DNA of 63,874 bases, filler included, from Blastocystis sp. subtype 4 (taxonomy: Eukaryota), in NCBI RefSeq assembly GCF_000743755.1. It is 4 parts of 4 records of this genome, joined end to end, with 100 filler letters (N's around TTAATTAATTAA, not from the genome) between each part and the next. Parts side by side here need not be neighbours in the genome. Positions count along the whole stretch, not along the records: positions 34,473 to 49,238 come from NW_014569285.1; positions 49,339 to 63,874 come from NW_014569283.1; 2 more parts are not named here. The stretch is one strand, 5' to 3'. Numbering within the stretch: position 1 is the stretch's first letter; every line of letters starts with the position of its first letter. Below the pieces are notes generated by a model. The model was given only the letters and a program-made list of their open reading frames with translations, ran no database searches and was not told the origin of the DNA. The position numbers and the translations under genes are program-made. Shown in pieces: positions 38,631 through 49,892 of this stretch.

Positions 38631-40257
38631 ATCTCACTCAATTCCACCACACCAGCACGAGCTGCCTCAGCCTCCAATCTCTTCTCTTCCTCCAGTTCCT
38701 CCTCCAGTCGCTTCTTCTCAGCATACACGCCACTGTACCATCGACTCGAACCCATCACATTCACTTCCGTACTTCGCTTTGCACTACTGAAAGCATTGAA
38801 CTGGCTCCGTATTATCGGCTTGACATCCTCGTCCTCACTCTCTGAGTCGATTGCTTCAACTACACTCTTCTCAATATGAGCAGGGAGGTATGAACGAGCA
38901 CGAAATGAGCGAGCAAACGGTTTACCACGAGCAGCCTGTACTACTGGAGTCTTACTACGTTCACGCACTTCTTCTGTGTGATCGAATGATTGCGAAATTG
39001 TAGGAATCCGCGTCTCTAGAGCCACAAAGGCTTGATCCTCCACCGATTTCTCGTCCTGTGAAAACAATGCTGAAGCTCCAACCTCCTCCTCTTCATCCTC
39101 TTCAGGCTACACATCAGTCATCACCACAGTCATTACAGCAGAGAACAAATCTGTCATATCAGGCTGATCAAATGCAACATGGATTGGACGATCGACAGGG
39201 TTCTTCACAAGATGATTATTCAAGCGAGCTTGGAGAATCGTAATCTTCTTCACTAGAGTCTCATTATCAGTTGTTCTGTCTTACATCGTCCTTGAACAAA
39301 CGCTTGAATTTCTTGCAATTTCGCTTGGGCTTCTGTAATCTGTTCACGCATAGCTTCATTCTCTTGTTTCTTCCTTTCTATTTCATCTACTTTCTCCTGT
39401 AACTCTTCTTGCATATTCTTCCATTTGGTCATATTTCCAATCCACGCTCCTCGAATCTTATCACGATTATCACATACAATCGCAGGAACATTCAAAGGAT
39501 TCTTTAACGCTTCTAAGGCTTGTTGTTCTGCCTCTAAAGCCTCTTTCAAACCCTTTGAGAAAGGATTACGATCTTCAACTTCCTCAGGAGCTGCAGATTC
39601 CTCTTCCTCTTCATCACTCAAAAAGGGATTCGACTACGATTCAGATGCAATCAACAGAACTACCTTGCCCGCAACTTTGGAGAAAGCATCATCTGAAACA
39701 CCAAACTCCATTGCAAAAGCATCTCCAAATGGATTCTCAACTTTCTTTTCTTCCTTTTCCTTCTCGAGATATTCCTTCTTCTGTGGATCCATTAAGCAAT
39801 CTGGTATCTCTTCTGGGAGAGGACGTCCCTACAGATGAAGGCAACGACATAAAGCGACGTCTCGGCAAACATAGGAAATGTGTGCTGCACAAATAAACTC
39901 ACTAAGATCAAGGTAACCGTCCTGATCAATATCACACAATTGCACAACCTTATTCAACGAATCCATGGACAATTTCGTCTTTTTGATAAAATCTAATGCT
40001 TCCTCATTGGTAATGAATCCATCTTGGTCTGCATCCTGCAAATCAACCGACTCAAAACAATACCAACAAGAGATATAAAGGAAGTGATATAAAAGGTACG
40101 CTGACTAGAAGTCAAGGAAAATGGATCTTTTGGCTTCAGGCCGAAACGAATTGAGGAAAACAGTTGGCCGTCGTTACCATTTTCATTTTCTGTGGGATCA
40201 CTAAATGGTTTTCTAAAAGATTAATCAATTATCAGGTCCAAAATACACTAACTGCAT
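37967..40257 (-). CDS. EH (Eps15-homology)/EF-hand protein with coiled coil and acidic/Lys-rich tail
   Basis: DADQDGFITNEEALDFIKKTKLSMDSLNKVVQLCDIDQDGYLDLSEFICAAH...LPEEIPDCL; start uncertain. Confidence 0.7.
38575..38640 (-). repeat. (GAGAGT/GAAAGT)n coding microsatellite giving poly(ES)
   Basis: ESESESESESEKESES in ORF 37967-39067. Confidence 0.8.
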
Positions 40258-40800
40258 GAGACCCTATTCCCTTCTTAAAAACGGAACAATATAATTCTAT
40301 CCGATAGAAATAAGAATAGAGAAGTCGGAATTCCACTTAGTCAGATGGTAATCTCTCAACTATGAGATAAAAGCCTTCCAAGAAATGTTGCAAGAATTGG
40401 GACAGTTATAATTAGATTGGGCCAATAATCTGATCAATATTCTAGAGTTCATTATATTATTAAGGGCCATTTATATACCAAATTATTCCTGTCTTTCTTG
40501 ATTGTTATACATCGTAGAGATCTCATTCATCTATGTTCCTTATGACTAGAAGAGTTTCAATTATGTTAGACTGGCCATTATTATATCTATTGATACAGAT
40601 GAAATATGTACGCTTATATTGGAATTATGCAACACAATCTCTTCCGTGGTATATGATTATTTTGTTGAATACAACGAGAGAATCGAAATATGAGTACAGA
40701 ACACAAATGTTCTTATCCCATAAGTATCAAGAACTTGGATCACTAAACATGTGCTCATAACAGATTGTTATTGCTGTCGTCTGTTTCTTAGTCCATACTT

Positions 40801-42554
40801 ATGACGAAGCCATTTGTTCGAGATGAAAATTCCACAAAGCTCCCTATGAAGTATATTGTGATTATCGGGTTATGCGCCTTCCTTGACTTTTTCTGTATGA
40901 ATCAGATCATGCCAAATGTGCCATTTATGATCTCTGACTTCTTTCCAGATGTATATGTTTATAATTGTGTTCCATGTAGCTTGACACAACTCAAGTTGGT
41001 TATTATTCTGGATATCTTACATCATGTTACAATCTCGGTGGTATCTTTGGTAACCTATTCTGGGGTTGGTTTTCTGATACTTATGGGAGGAAGCCCACCA
41101 TTGTGATTAGTCTGTTTGGTGAATATTACTCACTCTATTTTATTGCTAGGAACTGCCATCTTCTGCCAGCTGTTTGGATTGTCTCCCACATACACTTGGG
41201 CTATTGTTTTCCGAACATGCTGGGGTCTCATGAACTCGACAGTCGGCGTTGTGAAGACGTATATAGGAGAAATCTGTAATGCACATACGTTAGCAACTGG
41301 AATGTCCATTATCAGTTCTGCAGGAGGTTTAGCACGGTTGTAATTGATGAGTCTATTAACTTTAGAATCGTTGGTCCCTTAGTCGGAGGGTTTCTAAGTA
41401 AGCCTGAGGAGAATCTTGTTGGCTTGGTCAAATTAATGCCTTGGCTCCGAAAAGTACGATATTGGATTCCATGCTTTGTCGGAAGTGTACTTTGTCTGTT
41501 TACTGCCATTTTCACAATCTTTGCTGCTCCAGAGACTCTATCGCGCGAATCGGCAAAGAAGGCAAAAGAACAGAAGAAAAAGAATTCAAGTCGTGTGAAG
41601 CAGCTCATTAAGGATCAAAAACAAGGAAAACAGATTTCCAAGGAAGATGAAATGCTTATAGCTCTTTCCAAAGATTCATATTTCGATTTGATTCTTAACA
41701 AGCGTGTATTGATTGCATGTTCTCTCTACGGTAACTCTCATGGTTGATTATGACCCATAGCGGTAGTCTGTTTGGTTCAGTCAGGTCAAGATTCCCTGTT
41801 ACCACTATTCTTAATCAATCCGTCGGATAAGGGTGGATTTGAGTTTGATCAGACTGATATTGGATGGCTATATACTGGAATTGGACCAGTACAGATTATC
41901 TTTAATCATATCCTTTCATTTTCACATGACTTCTTTCCTTCATTTCACCTCTTATTTTCCCGTTAGTTGCTCGTTTATGGACTTATTCTAGCATTTATTC
42001 CTTCACTGGAATTCTCTATTCCGTTCTTCTTTTCATTTATCCTGTCATCTCTTATTTCAACACATCTCCAATTCCAGTACGGGATTTTTTTCAATACCAT
42101 GTAGGTTCGATGGTTTGTTGTGCTTTTCTCTACGATGGCCTGTATCTTCGCTCGACTTATCAATTTTACTGCTTCAATGGTGCTGATAAACAACAGCACG
42201 TACTCAGATTTCCGTGGAAAGGTAAATGGTTTGGGTCAGGTTCTTGCTGCCATTGGCCGGTTCCTGGGACCATCAATGGCTTCTTCCCTCTTTGCATGGA
42301 GTATTTCGGGTGATCATCCATTCCCTTTCAACTCCGGTTTCACTTACTACATCTTGGGCATTATAATGCTCTTTACCGCTCTCTTTGTCTACACCCTACC
42401 AAAGGATATCAACACAGCTTTGGGTCGTATTGCAGATGTGTTCCACAGTAATGATGTGGAAATGAAGGAGGTGAAGGAAGAAGGTAATGTGGTTGAAGTT
42501 AAACAAGAAACGGAAATAGTTTCGTCTGCTGCCTCAGATCCCGTGAAAGTGTAA
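40801..42554 (+). CDS. Major facilitator superfamily transporter (ZIFL/TCR-like)
   Basis: WGWFSDTYGRKP motif A, VFRTCWGLMN..VGVVKTYIGE, GPLVGGFL and RGKVNGLGQ...GRFLGP. Confidence 0.9.
41908..41948 (+). other. Candidate U12-type AT-AC intron
   Basis: 5' ATATCCTTT, branch-like TTCCTTCAT and 3' CAC. Removing 41 nt gives QIIFNPLIFPLVARLW and restores the frame. Confidence 0.8.
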
Positions 42555-42670
42555 GTTAGAGCATCATTGAATTCTTTGTTATGAACAAAGCTACTTCATC
42601 GATATTTGCTCCTATTGGGGTATGTGATAATAAAGAGATTTATTTCCAGTCACAAGGTGGATCTAAACAA

Positions 42671-43243
42671 ATGTCATCTGAGGTGGTCCCAAATAATGCA
42701 AAGGATTCAAAATCACAAGAAAAGGCTAAGCAAACGAAGCTAATTGATTCTTTGCGGGAAGATAAGGATCTTATCGACTTATCTCATATTGTATCAAATT
42801 CCAAGAAGGTACTTAATCGGAGAACTTATTAGGATTAGGAACAGTCAAAACGACCTGAGCCAGAAGCACTCCAAGCCGATAGTGAAAAGAAGCAGCAAAC
42901 AATGCTGACAACCCTAGATCATAAGAAAAAGGAGCTTCAGAAGCAGAAAGAACTGATTGAACAACTCAATCGGGAGCTACAACAACTGGATGCTCCTGTT
43001 TCTAAAGAGATTACAATGCTACGATCAAAAATTGAGCAAATTGATAGAGAACTTGCTAAAGCAACTAAGATCCGAAAGCAGAAAGAACAAGAGTTGCTAA
43101 CTGCAATAGATACAGTGACACGGTTGGCTGATGAGAAGTGTACGGTATCTGAAAAACTTCAGTCGATCATGTACGAGTTTGAAACAGCAAAACAAAAGAA
43201 ACTAACAGAATTAGAAGATCAAATGCGCAAAGCAGGTGTGTAA
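42671..43243 (+). CDS. Coiled-coil protein, RAB6-interacting golgin (GORAB)-like
   Basis: LQQLDAPVSKEITMLRSKIEQIDREL...KEQE......EK....L..I..E.E..K.KKL.EL pattern; one intron. Confidence 0.6.
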
Positions 43244-43270
43244 CATAATCTGTTTCTTCACAAACAAGGT

Positions 43271-45391
43271 ATTTAGAACTACAAGAAAGGAAGTACTCCA
43301 TTGTATTTATAATGCTACACTTATTAGAATCTTTATCATTGAGAAGATTCGTACTAGTATTCTGAGAATCCAGAGAAATGGAAGTCCCATCGGGAATCGA
43401 TTGCACAGGAACTGTTGTTAAAAGTGGAGGAGAACTTTCTGTTGATAGACTCTCCATTTCGGGTCTTGCATTCTGGTTTTCCTCTTCCTGGTAACTTAGA
43501 TTTACACTCGTTTGAGAATCTTTGCTTTTGAAGCTATTAGGGATAAATGGTTGAGCTCTTCGCTCGGGTTTCTTAATTACACGAACAGCTGTCTCTGCAG
43601 ATACCTCCTTATCCTTGTCATATCGAATCGATTCTTGTGAAGAAGCAATAACAGAGGTTGTTTCCTTTGTACCCAGTTTATCCTTCAAATACTCCACCTT
43701 CTTCATGATTATTTCATCCACTTGATTCTTAGCCAGAGCTAATGATACTTCTTCCAAATATTCCTTCGTCGTTTCATCTCCTCCATGAACACTGAACTGT
43801 TTTTTGAAATACTCAATATCTTTCTTCAGTTGACGACTCTCATTCGTCTTCTGTTCCATCAACTGAAGCTGTTTCACCATATTCCTCACATCTATGATCA
43901 ACACTCTCATTTACTCAAACCTGTCTCCACAGCATCAAGATCAACGCTCACTTCACTGGATTCAAGGATCTTACAAACACTAATCGTTACTATTGTAGGC
44001 GAATTCATTGATCGAGCAAGAGATTCAACAGTCTCTGTCGGCCAAAATCCATTCTTCTCTGGTTGATTACGAGCAAATCGAATCCGGCCCACAGAATAAT
44101 CACGAAGAAACATCCAAGAATACATAACACTAAATTCCTTCTTATCTGCTCCATTCATAAGATATACTTCTGTCGACTGCTTCGATACAAGGTATTCCTT
44201 CATCCATTCAACTATACTGTGTGAATATGTCTGAGCTCCAATGGGAAATAGTACTTCAACATTCACTGATTGACCTTCGAGAAGTTGATCAATCATCTCC
44301 TTCAATGGCAGTTCCATTCGTATTCTCAAAGCTTTCAAATAGTCTTCACGATGAATAATTGCATCAAAATCTTCATCATCTTCTCTCAATCCGTCTACAT
44401 GGATATTCAATTCACTACATTCTATTTCTAAGGAGAATTCCATCATTACGGGGATCGGACAAAAGGTCCTTCTCTTTCTGAATGGTTCGGAATATCATTG
44501 CTTTCATTTCAGCACTTATTGGAGTAACAAAATCCGATATTAACTCAAATAATACTTCATCAGCCACTTCTCCTGATACAGCAAATGATTCAACACAATT
44601 TGAAAGAACGAGTCGTCCTGTTTCACTATCACTAATAAGTGTCACCAAATACATTTTGCAACTATGACTTCCAATATCGACTATCAGACAATTACTGCCA
44701 ATAGTTTGACAGATATCATAACAACCATACATTGCTACAATCGATGAATGGATATAACTCACGTTAGGATACAGGCAACACTTCAGAACTCGATCGAGTA
44801 CTGCAATATGAGAAGACGAGTAGCGATCTGGAATCTAAATTAGAGAAAATGAGAAGAAATACTGTAAGAATGAGATCACCTTGAATCCAGTTATCTTTCA
44901 TGAGACTCATCATATTATCGTACAGAAACGCACTCTCTTTCATATAGCGATAGCCTTCATAAATAAACTGCATAGCCAGAATCGAACATACACTGTACGT
45001 TTGTCCTGGTCCAAAGATGATGGTTGTACCTACCTTTGGGTCCCATTGGTAAGTAGCAGAAGATATCAGTCTCATATCTTTGGGAACAGTAAAGATCATA
45101 TCACAAGAGAAAGGAGCTGTCCCCTTGAATACTAAATATTCCTATATGTTATTTAAAATCTATTAAAATAACCGTTTGGGGGCAATGATCTGATATCGCA
45201 ACAGAGTTTCCTCGAACAGAAAAGGTACATCTTTGGATTAATAGCAATGATAATAAATACGGAAATGCCTTTTTTCCAGTGTCAGTATAAAGGATAGTAG
45301 GTGAGTAGTCATTCGCACCAGTAATACTCTTTTCAGAAATTGCTAAACGGTGAGCAAAATAACCAAGATCAAAGGCTAGAAGTGTATCCAT
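43271..45391 (-). CDS. Highly divergent Hsp70/actin-fold ATPase-like protein
   Basis: LLAFDLG, LILTV, CLIVDIGSHS, VSGEVADEVL and KEKDLLS follow Hsp70 motif order, but the catalytic motifs are degenerate. Stop is probably poly(A)-derived at 43271. Confidence 0.55.
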
Positions 45392-45466
45392 TTCTGACAA
45401 CCCTTTATCTATTCCAAAAGGTTTTCTCTGAAATATTCATCAAATAAACAAAGCAAAAGTAATTTA

Positions 45467-46639
45467 TTACGCAAGATTGGCACATTCGCGTAAGAACTCC
45501 TCATCCACCTTCTTCAGAAATCTTCCTTTCACCCGCAGACGGAGATCAGCATAATTCCGTTTCCACTCGCATTTTACTTTTCTTGAACGTGTATGATTAC
45601 TCTTTGTTCCTATTAATCTATGAATCAGATCTACTTCCCATACTAACTGCTTCGCAAATGCAGCTGTTTTTGTTTCAGAGCCTCTATTTCTTGAATGTAT
45701 CCGATCTGGATGAAGTGGTTCATCCTGTTCTTTACGTTATACATCACGAACAGAATCTACCAGATCTAGATTCTTTTAACATCAATATACTTATGTCTCC
45801 CAAGGAGGAAGGATTACAAAACTCTTCATATGAAGCATGTGGATCTTCTCCAAACGACATTTCATTCCACGAACTAACTGCGGGGAGTAGCACATTGCTA
45901 CTACACTCTGATAGGGAATCAATATGATGAAGCGAATCATCACGTTCTAACCAAGGACTCTAGAATCTATACTTCCATGGAATACTACATAACTAAAGCT
46001 CCAATGGTCATGGCTACAAAGGGTAGGAAATTCCGAAATGACCTCAGAATTGGATGAAACGGCAGTATCGCCAAACAAATCAGTCGGAGAAGTACATTTT
46101 ACATTGTGAAAAACACTGGAAGTATAAATCGGGTACAAAGACGTTGAGGATGATAATGAGTCGGTAATCACCATATCACTAAGAAAAGACTTCTACAGAT
46201 AAGCGGACATTCATAGAGTCACATACATTATCACTGAGAAAAGGAATATCATTCTGACAAGTGATGGAATCAAGATAACAAAAATCGGACTTCCCATACA
46301 AATAATCTGATGAAAGCAAGTCTACAACAAAAAGAATGAATCAACAGTACCATCCAGCGGATGAACGTCTCCTTTTTTGTACTTTTCGACGACATCGATC
46401 ACAAGAGGGTCACAACAAATAAGGAGATCTCTCATTCGAGAGAAGACGTCCTCAGAAATCCGAATACTATCTTGCAATTGCGACAGATATCTGATACATT
46501 CATTTGCGCGGGTGTCATCAGAACTACGTGTAAGACACCGAATTCGGGATTACCAAGGTGAGTGAACTGTAGACAAGAATGAATAACCGAAAGAGTTCAA
46601 ACTCTCTTCTTGGGTCAAGTCCTGATTACAGGCACTCAT
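45467..46639 (-). CDS. CCT-motif (CONSTANS/CO-like/TOC1) protein
   Basis: Spliced C-terminus RKVKCEWKRNYADLRLRVKGRFLKKVDEEFL...*; 5' exons approximate. Confidence 0.7.
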
Positions 46640-47348
46640 ATAACTGCAAACTCAAGACAGTGTTATATTTGCCTGCCTTTTTCTTAATGTGTCAAAGATC
46701 TTTCATCTGTTCAGTTATTTATAATAATCAATCTACTATTGTCTAGCTCTCATTTCTCAAAAATGGCATCAGCAACCATCCATACAACACAAATCTATTG
46801 TACTTACTGTTTTATTAATTCTGAGAAGGAAATGCCAAGTGTGGTGAATTGGTCATAAGGCCCAGCTAACAGCTTCATAACATCATATTTGTCACTAGCT
46901 GACGATTAGTAGAAGAACTATGTGGTGTTCCGTTATATGTCATTTATTCCACAACTATCTAATAGACTTCATTTAAGTCCCTAGCCATTTATATAACCGT
47001 ATGTGCTCATAAGAACCGACAATCTGGCAATTGAGTATGAAAAGACGAATTCTGTTAACAAGTAGTTCCTCCCTTATTGATCTCCCGTATGATATCGAAA
47101 ACTCGAAGAATAATCAAAATGTATCATCCAGAATAATAGTGACTGCCACACGGCCTATGTCATCCCTACATGTCATGCCGTGTCAAGGAGGACACAAGTC
47201 TTGCGTTTAGAAGGCATAATACTGATGACATACAAGGCGACATGATGGGAGTTTCAGTCATTAGTGTTAAGAAATTCCCAACTCGGACAATCATTCGATC
47301 CAACCACTTTTGTGTTATTGGTTTCACTTTACCCGATTATGGAAGTAT

Positions 47349-48907
47349 ATGAGTTCATCATTCTGCAATTTTAGAGTTTCGGTGCATCATCCTTCCAGAA
47401 TAAAGAGAACATTGGTATTACGTCGAATCATCGTTTGCAAGTTGATTCTCACCATCTTTCTTCAGATTCGTGGGTTTCTCGTAATTCCATTTTACCGATT
47501 ACCCCGGGTCTCAGGAGTGTAGACACTCCTTCTGTGCTTACTCTGAAGAGTTCTAGTCGTCCTAACTATCTTGAGCATTCTTATGTATACGACCCTTTTC
47601 CTGTAGTCTAGATGCTTTATGTGATATTTCTAGAATGATAATCTTTTGAATTGTTCTGAGCCACAATACGAAGTCTCAACTCCATATTCGTACCCTAGAA
47701 CAACTCTCACTAAGTAGGCAACCTTGGCTTCAATAATACCGAAGTGTTTCTATGGACAATTCTGCTGCAGAGATTGTCTTATCTACGGACCAAGATATGG
47801 GGGGTATTTCTCTCCCTTCTAGACCTATGTATCAACTTGGGTGCCATGGACCTATTGAAAATACCATACCGCCATTGTTTCAAAGAGAACAACAATGTGT
47901 AGATCATTCTATGCAATTCGGTCCCAGCAGTTCTTTTGATCGTTTTTATGTTCAAGGATGTTAGTTTCTCTTTGTATCTTCATTTGTAGATGAGAGTAGG
48001 TACCAAAAAGTGCCTCATTTCGCAAGGTACAGCCCATATGATAGGGAGAATCTGGCTTCACAATTGGATGTTCTCCCTTGTTCCCCGGGTTTGTCATCTG
48101 GTATCTGTTCTTCTTTCCTAATGAAGCCTAGAACCACTGAAATGTCGTTCAACTCATGAATTTTGCTCACAGCGATCGAAACAACACCGTCATCATGTTC
48201 ATTACAATCCATCGGGCGCTGTGTACTCATTCTTTTGTATGTATATCATAGGACTCCTAGTCATGTTGTTACACATGAAACTTCTCTTGAGGAGAATACT
48301 TCTTCTCCATCTCAAGTTCATAACACTTCTATAATGAATCGATCTGGAATATCTGAAAAGAAGAAACCAAAGGCTAAGTATATTATCAATATTGATAAGG
48401 TGCTCGCAGGTGTTGAAAAGCGTCATACTGTGATGCTAAAGAATATTCCAAATAGGTAATTGTTTTTGTCATTATTCATGATAGTTTCACTCAGAATGAT
48501 TTATTGAATATTCTGGATTTCTGTGTTCCCAATTGTTATGATTTCGTGTATATTCCTATTGATTTCCAAACGAAATGCAATCTTGGATTTGGCTATGTAT
48601 CATTGATAAATAGTGAGAGTCTTTATAAGCTCTATGAATTTGTAATTCTTACTATATTTCATTTCCTGTAGATGAATATGAAACGATGGCCTAATACATC
48701 TAGTAATAAGACTTGTGAGGTATATTTTGCTCGTATTCAAGTAATACTATTTGTTGTGTTTAAAGGTAGGGAGATCGTGACATGCGACGAATCTGCAAGG
48801 ATTGGTCTGTTATGAAGTTACCTGAACAGTACCATCCTATTTTCTACCATAAGGAAGTTGTAGTTGTTAACGGTGTTGAACGTGTTACTCTTAAAAAAGA
48901 GAAATAA
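47349..48907 (+). CDS. Mei2-like RNA-binding protein (C-terminal RRM3/RRM_2)
   Basis: RHTVMLKNIPNR.....L...D......YDFVYIPIDFQTKCNLGFGYV...W....SNKTCEVYFARIQG...PEQYHPIFY; start uncertain. Confidence 0.85.
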
Positions 48908-49064
48908 TAGGAAAACACGGTTTGGTACTATTTATTGTCAATACCTTTTCAGAGGTCATGTTTGTTTTCCTAATTGAGTCATAATCATCGAAATCAATAT
49001 CCGTAATGTGTACGGGGTTTTGAACGATTTTGGATTTACCAACTGTAATGGATATTACTGCATT

Positions 49065-49238
49065 ATGTCAACAATTCTTGTAACAGGAGGAACGGGACTT
49101 GTAGGTCACGGAATCCAGCTGGCTCTGGAGAGAACGAAAGGTGATGGAAAACAAGCAAATGAGAAGTGGATCTTTCTTAGTTCTAAGGATTGTGATTTGT
49201 TGTAGTCCATTCGTATTCAAATTCACTCACAGAGATCG
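49065..49238 (+). CDS. GFUS: GDP-L-fucose synthase, 5' fragment cut by gap
   Basis: [14 protein letters not shown]...[13 protein letters not shown]. Confidence 0.8.
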
Positions 49239-49338
49239 NNNNNNNNNNNNNNNNNNNNNNNNNNNNNNNNNNNNNNNNNNNNTTAATTAATTAANNNNNN
49301 NNNNNNNNNNNNNNNNNNNNNNNNNNNNNNNNNNNNNN
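49239..49338. other. Artificial contig spacer N44-TTAATTAATTAA-N44
   Basis: Identical to the other two spacers. Confidence 0.95.
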
Positions 49339-49435
49339 GGGAACCAAGACCAACGAAATGGTCAAGTCTATTCGTAACAGAAAGGGTCTTGCTCCTGAAG
49401 TACCCACTTCTGATCGTTTCCTGGATAAGCTGTAA
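49339..49435 (+). CDS. EEF2: Elongation factor 2, 3' fragment
   Basis: GTKTNEMVKSIRNRKGLAPEVPTSDRFLDKL*. Confidence 0.85.
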
Positions 49436-49544
49436 GAATTTGCTGTATAAAGGTAGTAAGGCTTTTGATGTGTTTGTTTCCATACATGGAGTTAGAATAT
49501 GTCTTTAGGATTATGTACTCAGTGCGTTTAGAGTAAAAAAAGTA

Positions 49545-49617
49545 TTCCCACACCGGGAATCGAACCCGGATCGGCAGGGTGAGAGCCTGCTATCCTAACC
49601 AATTAGACTATATGGGA
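49545..49617 (-). tRNA. tRNA-Glu(CTC)
   Basis: Minus strand TCCCATATAGTCTAATTGGTTAGGATA-GCAGG-CTCTCAC-CCTGC...GGTTCGATTCCCGGTGTGGGAA; T7 terminator downstream. Confidence 0.95.
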
Positions 49618-49892
49618 CTAGTATAAGGTGAAATGGTCTACTTATAAATCTGTGATGTGTGATTGAACCTCACAGACATGTTGATAAGGAGAAGTAACTA
49701 CCAAAAGAATGGATAGAAGAGATTATTTGGAGGGAATACCTATTTCTTGATTATCAAGGAGTTGAACAACTTTTCGCGCCTTTACGACAGTTTTGAATTT
49801 CAATTCTCTCAATATGGTGTCTGATGACGAATTCTCTTTTGAGGATAGCAGAGTATTGCTGTTTTGGTCATATTATTTCTCTCTAGGGGGAT

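Noticed and set aside
40533..40760. 75-aa ORF upstream of the MFS gene
   Set aside because: AT-rich intergenic composition with no motif or intron support.
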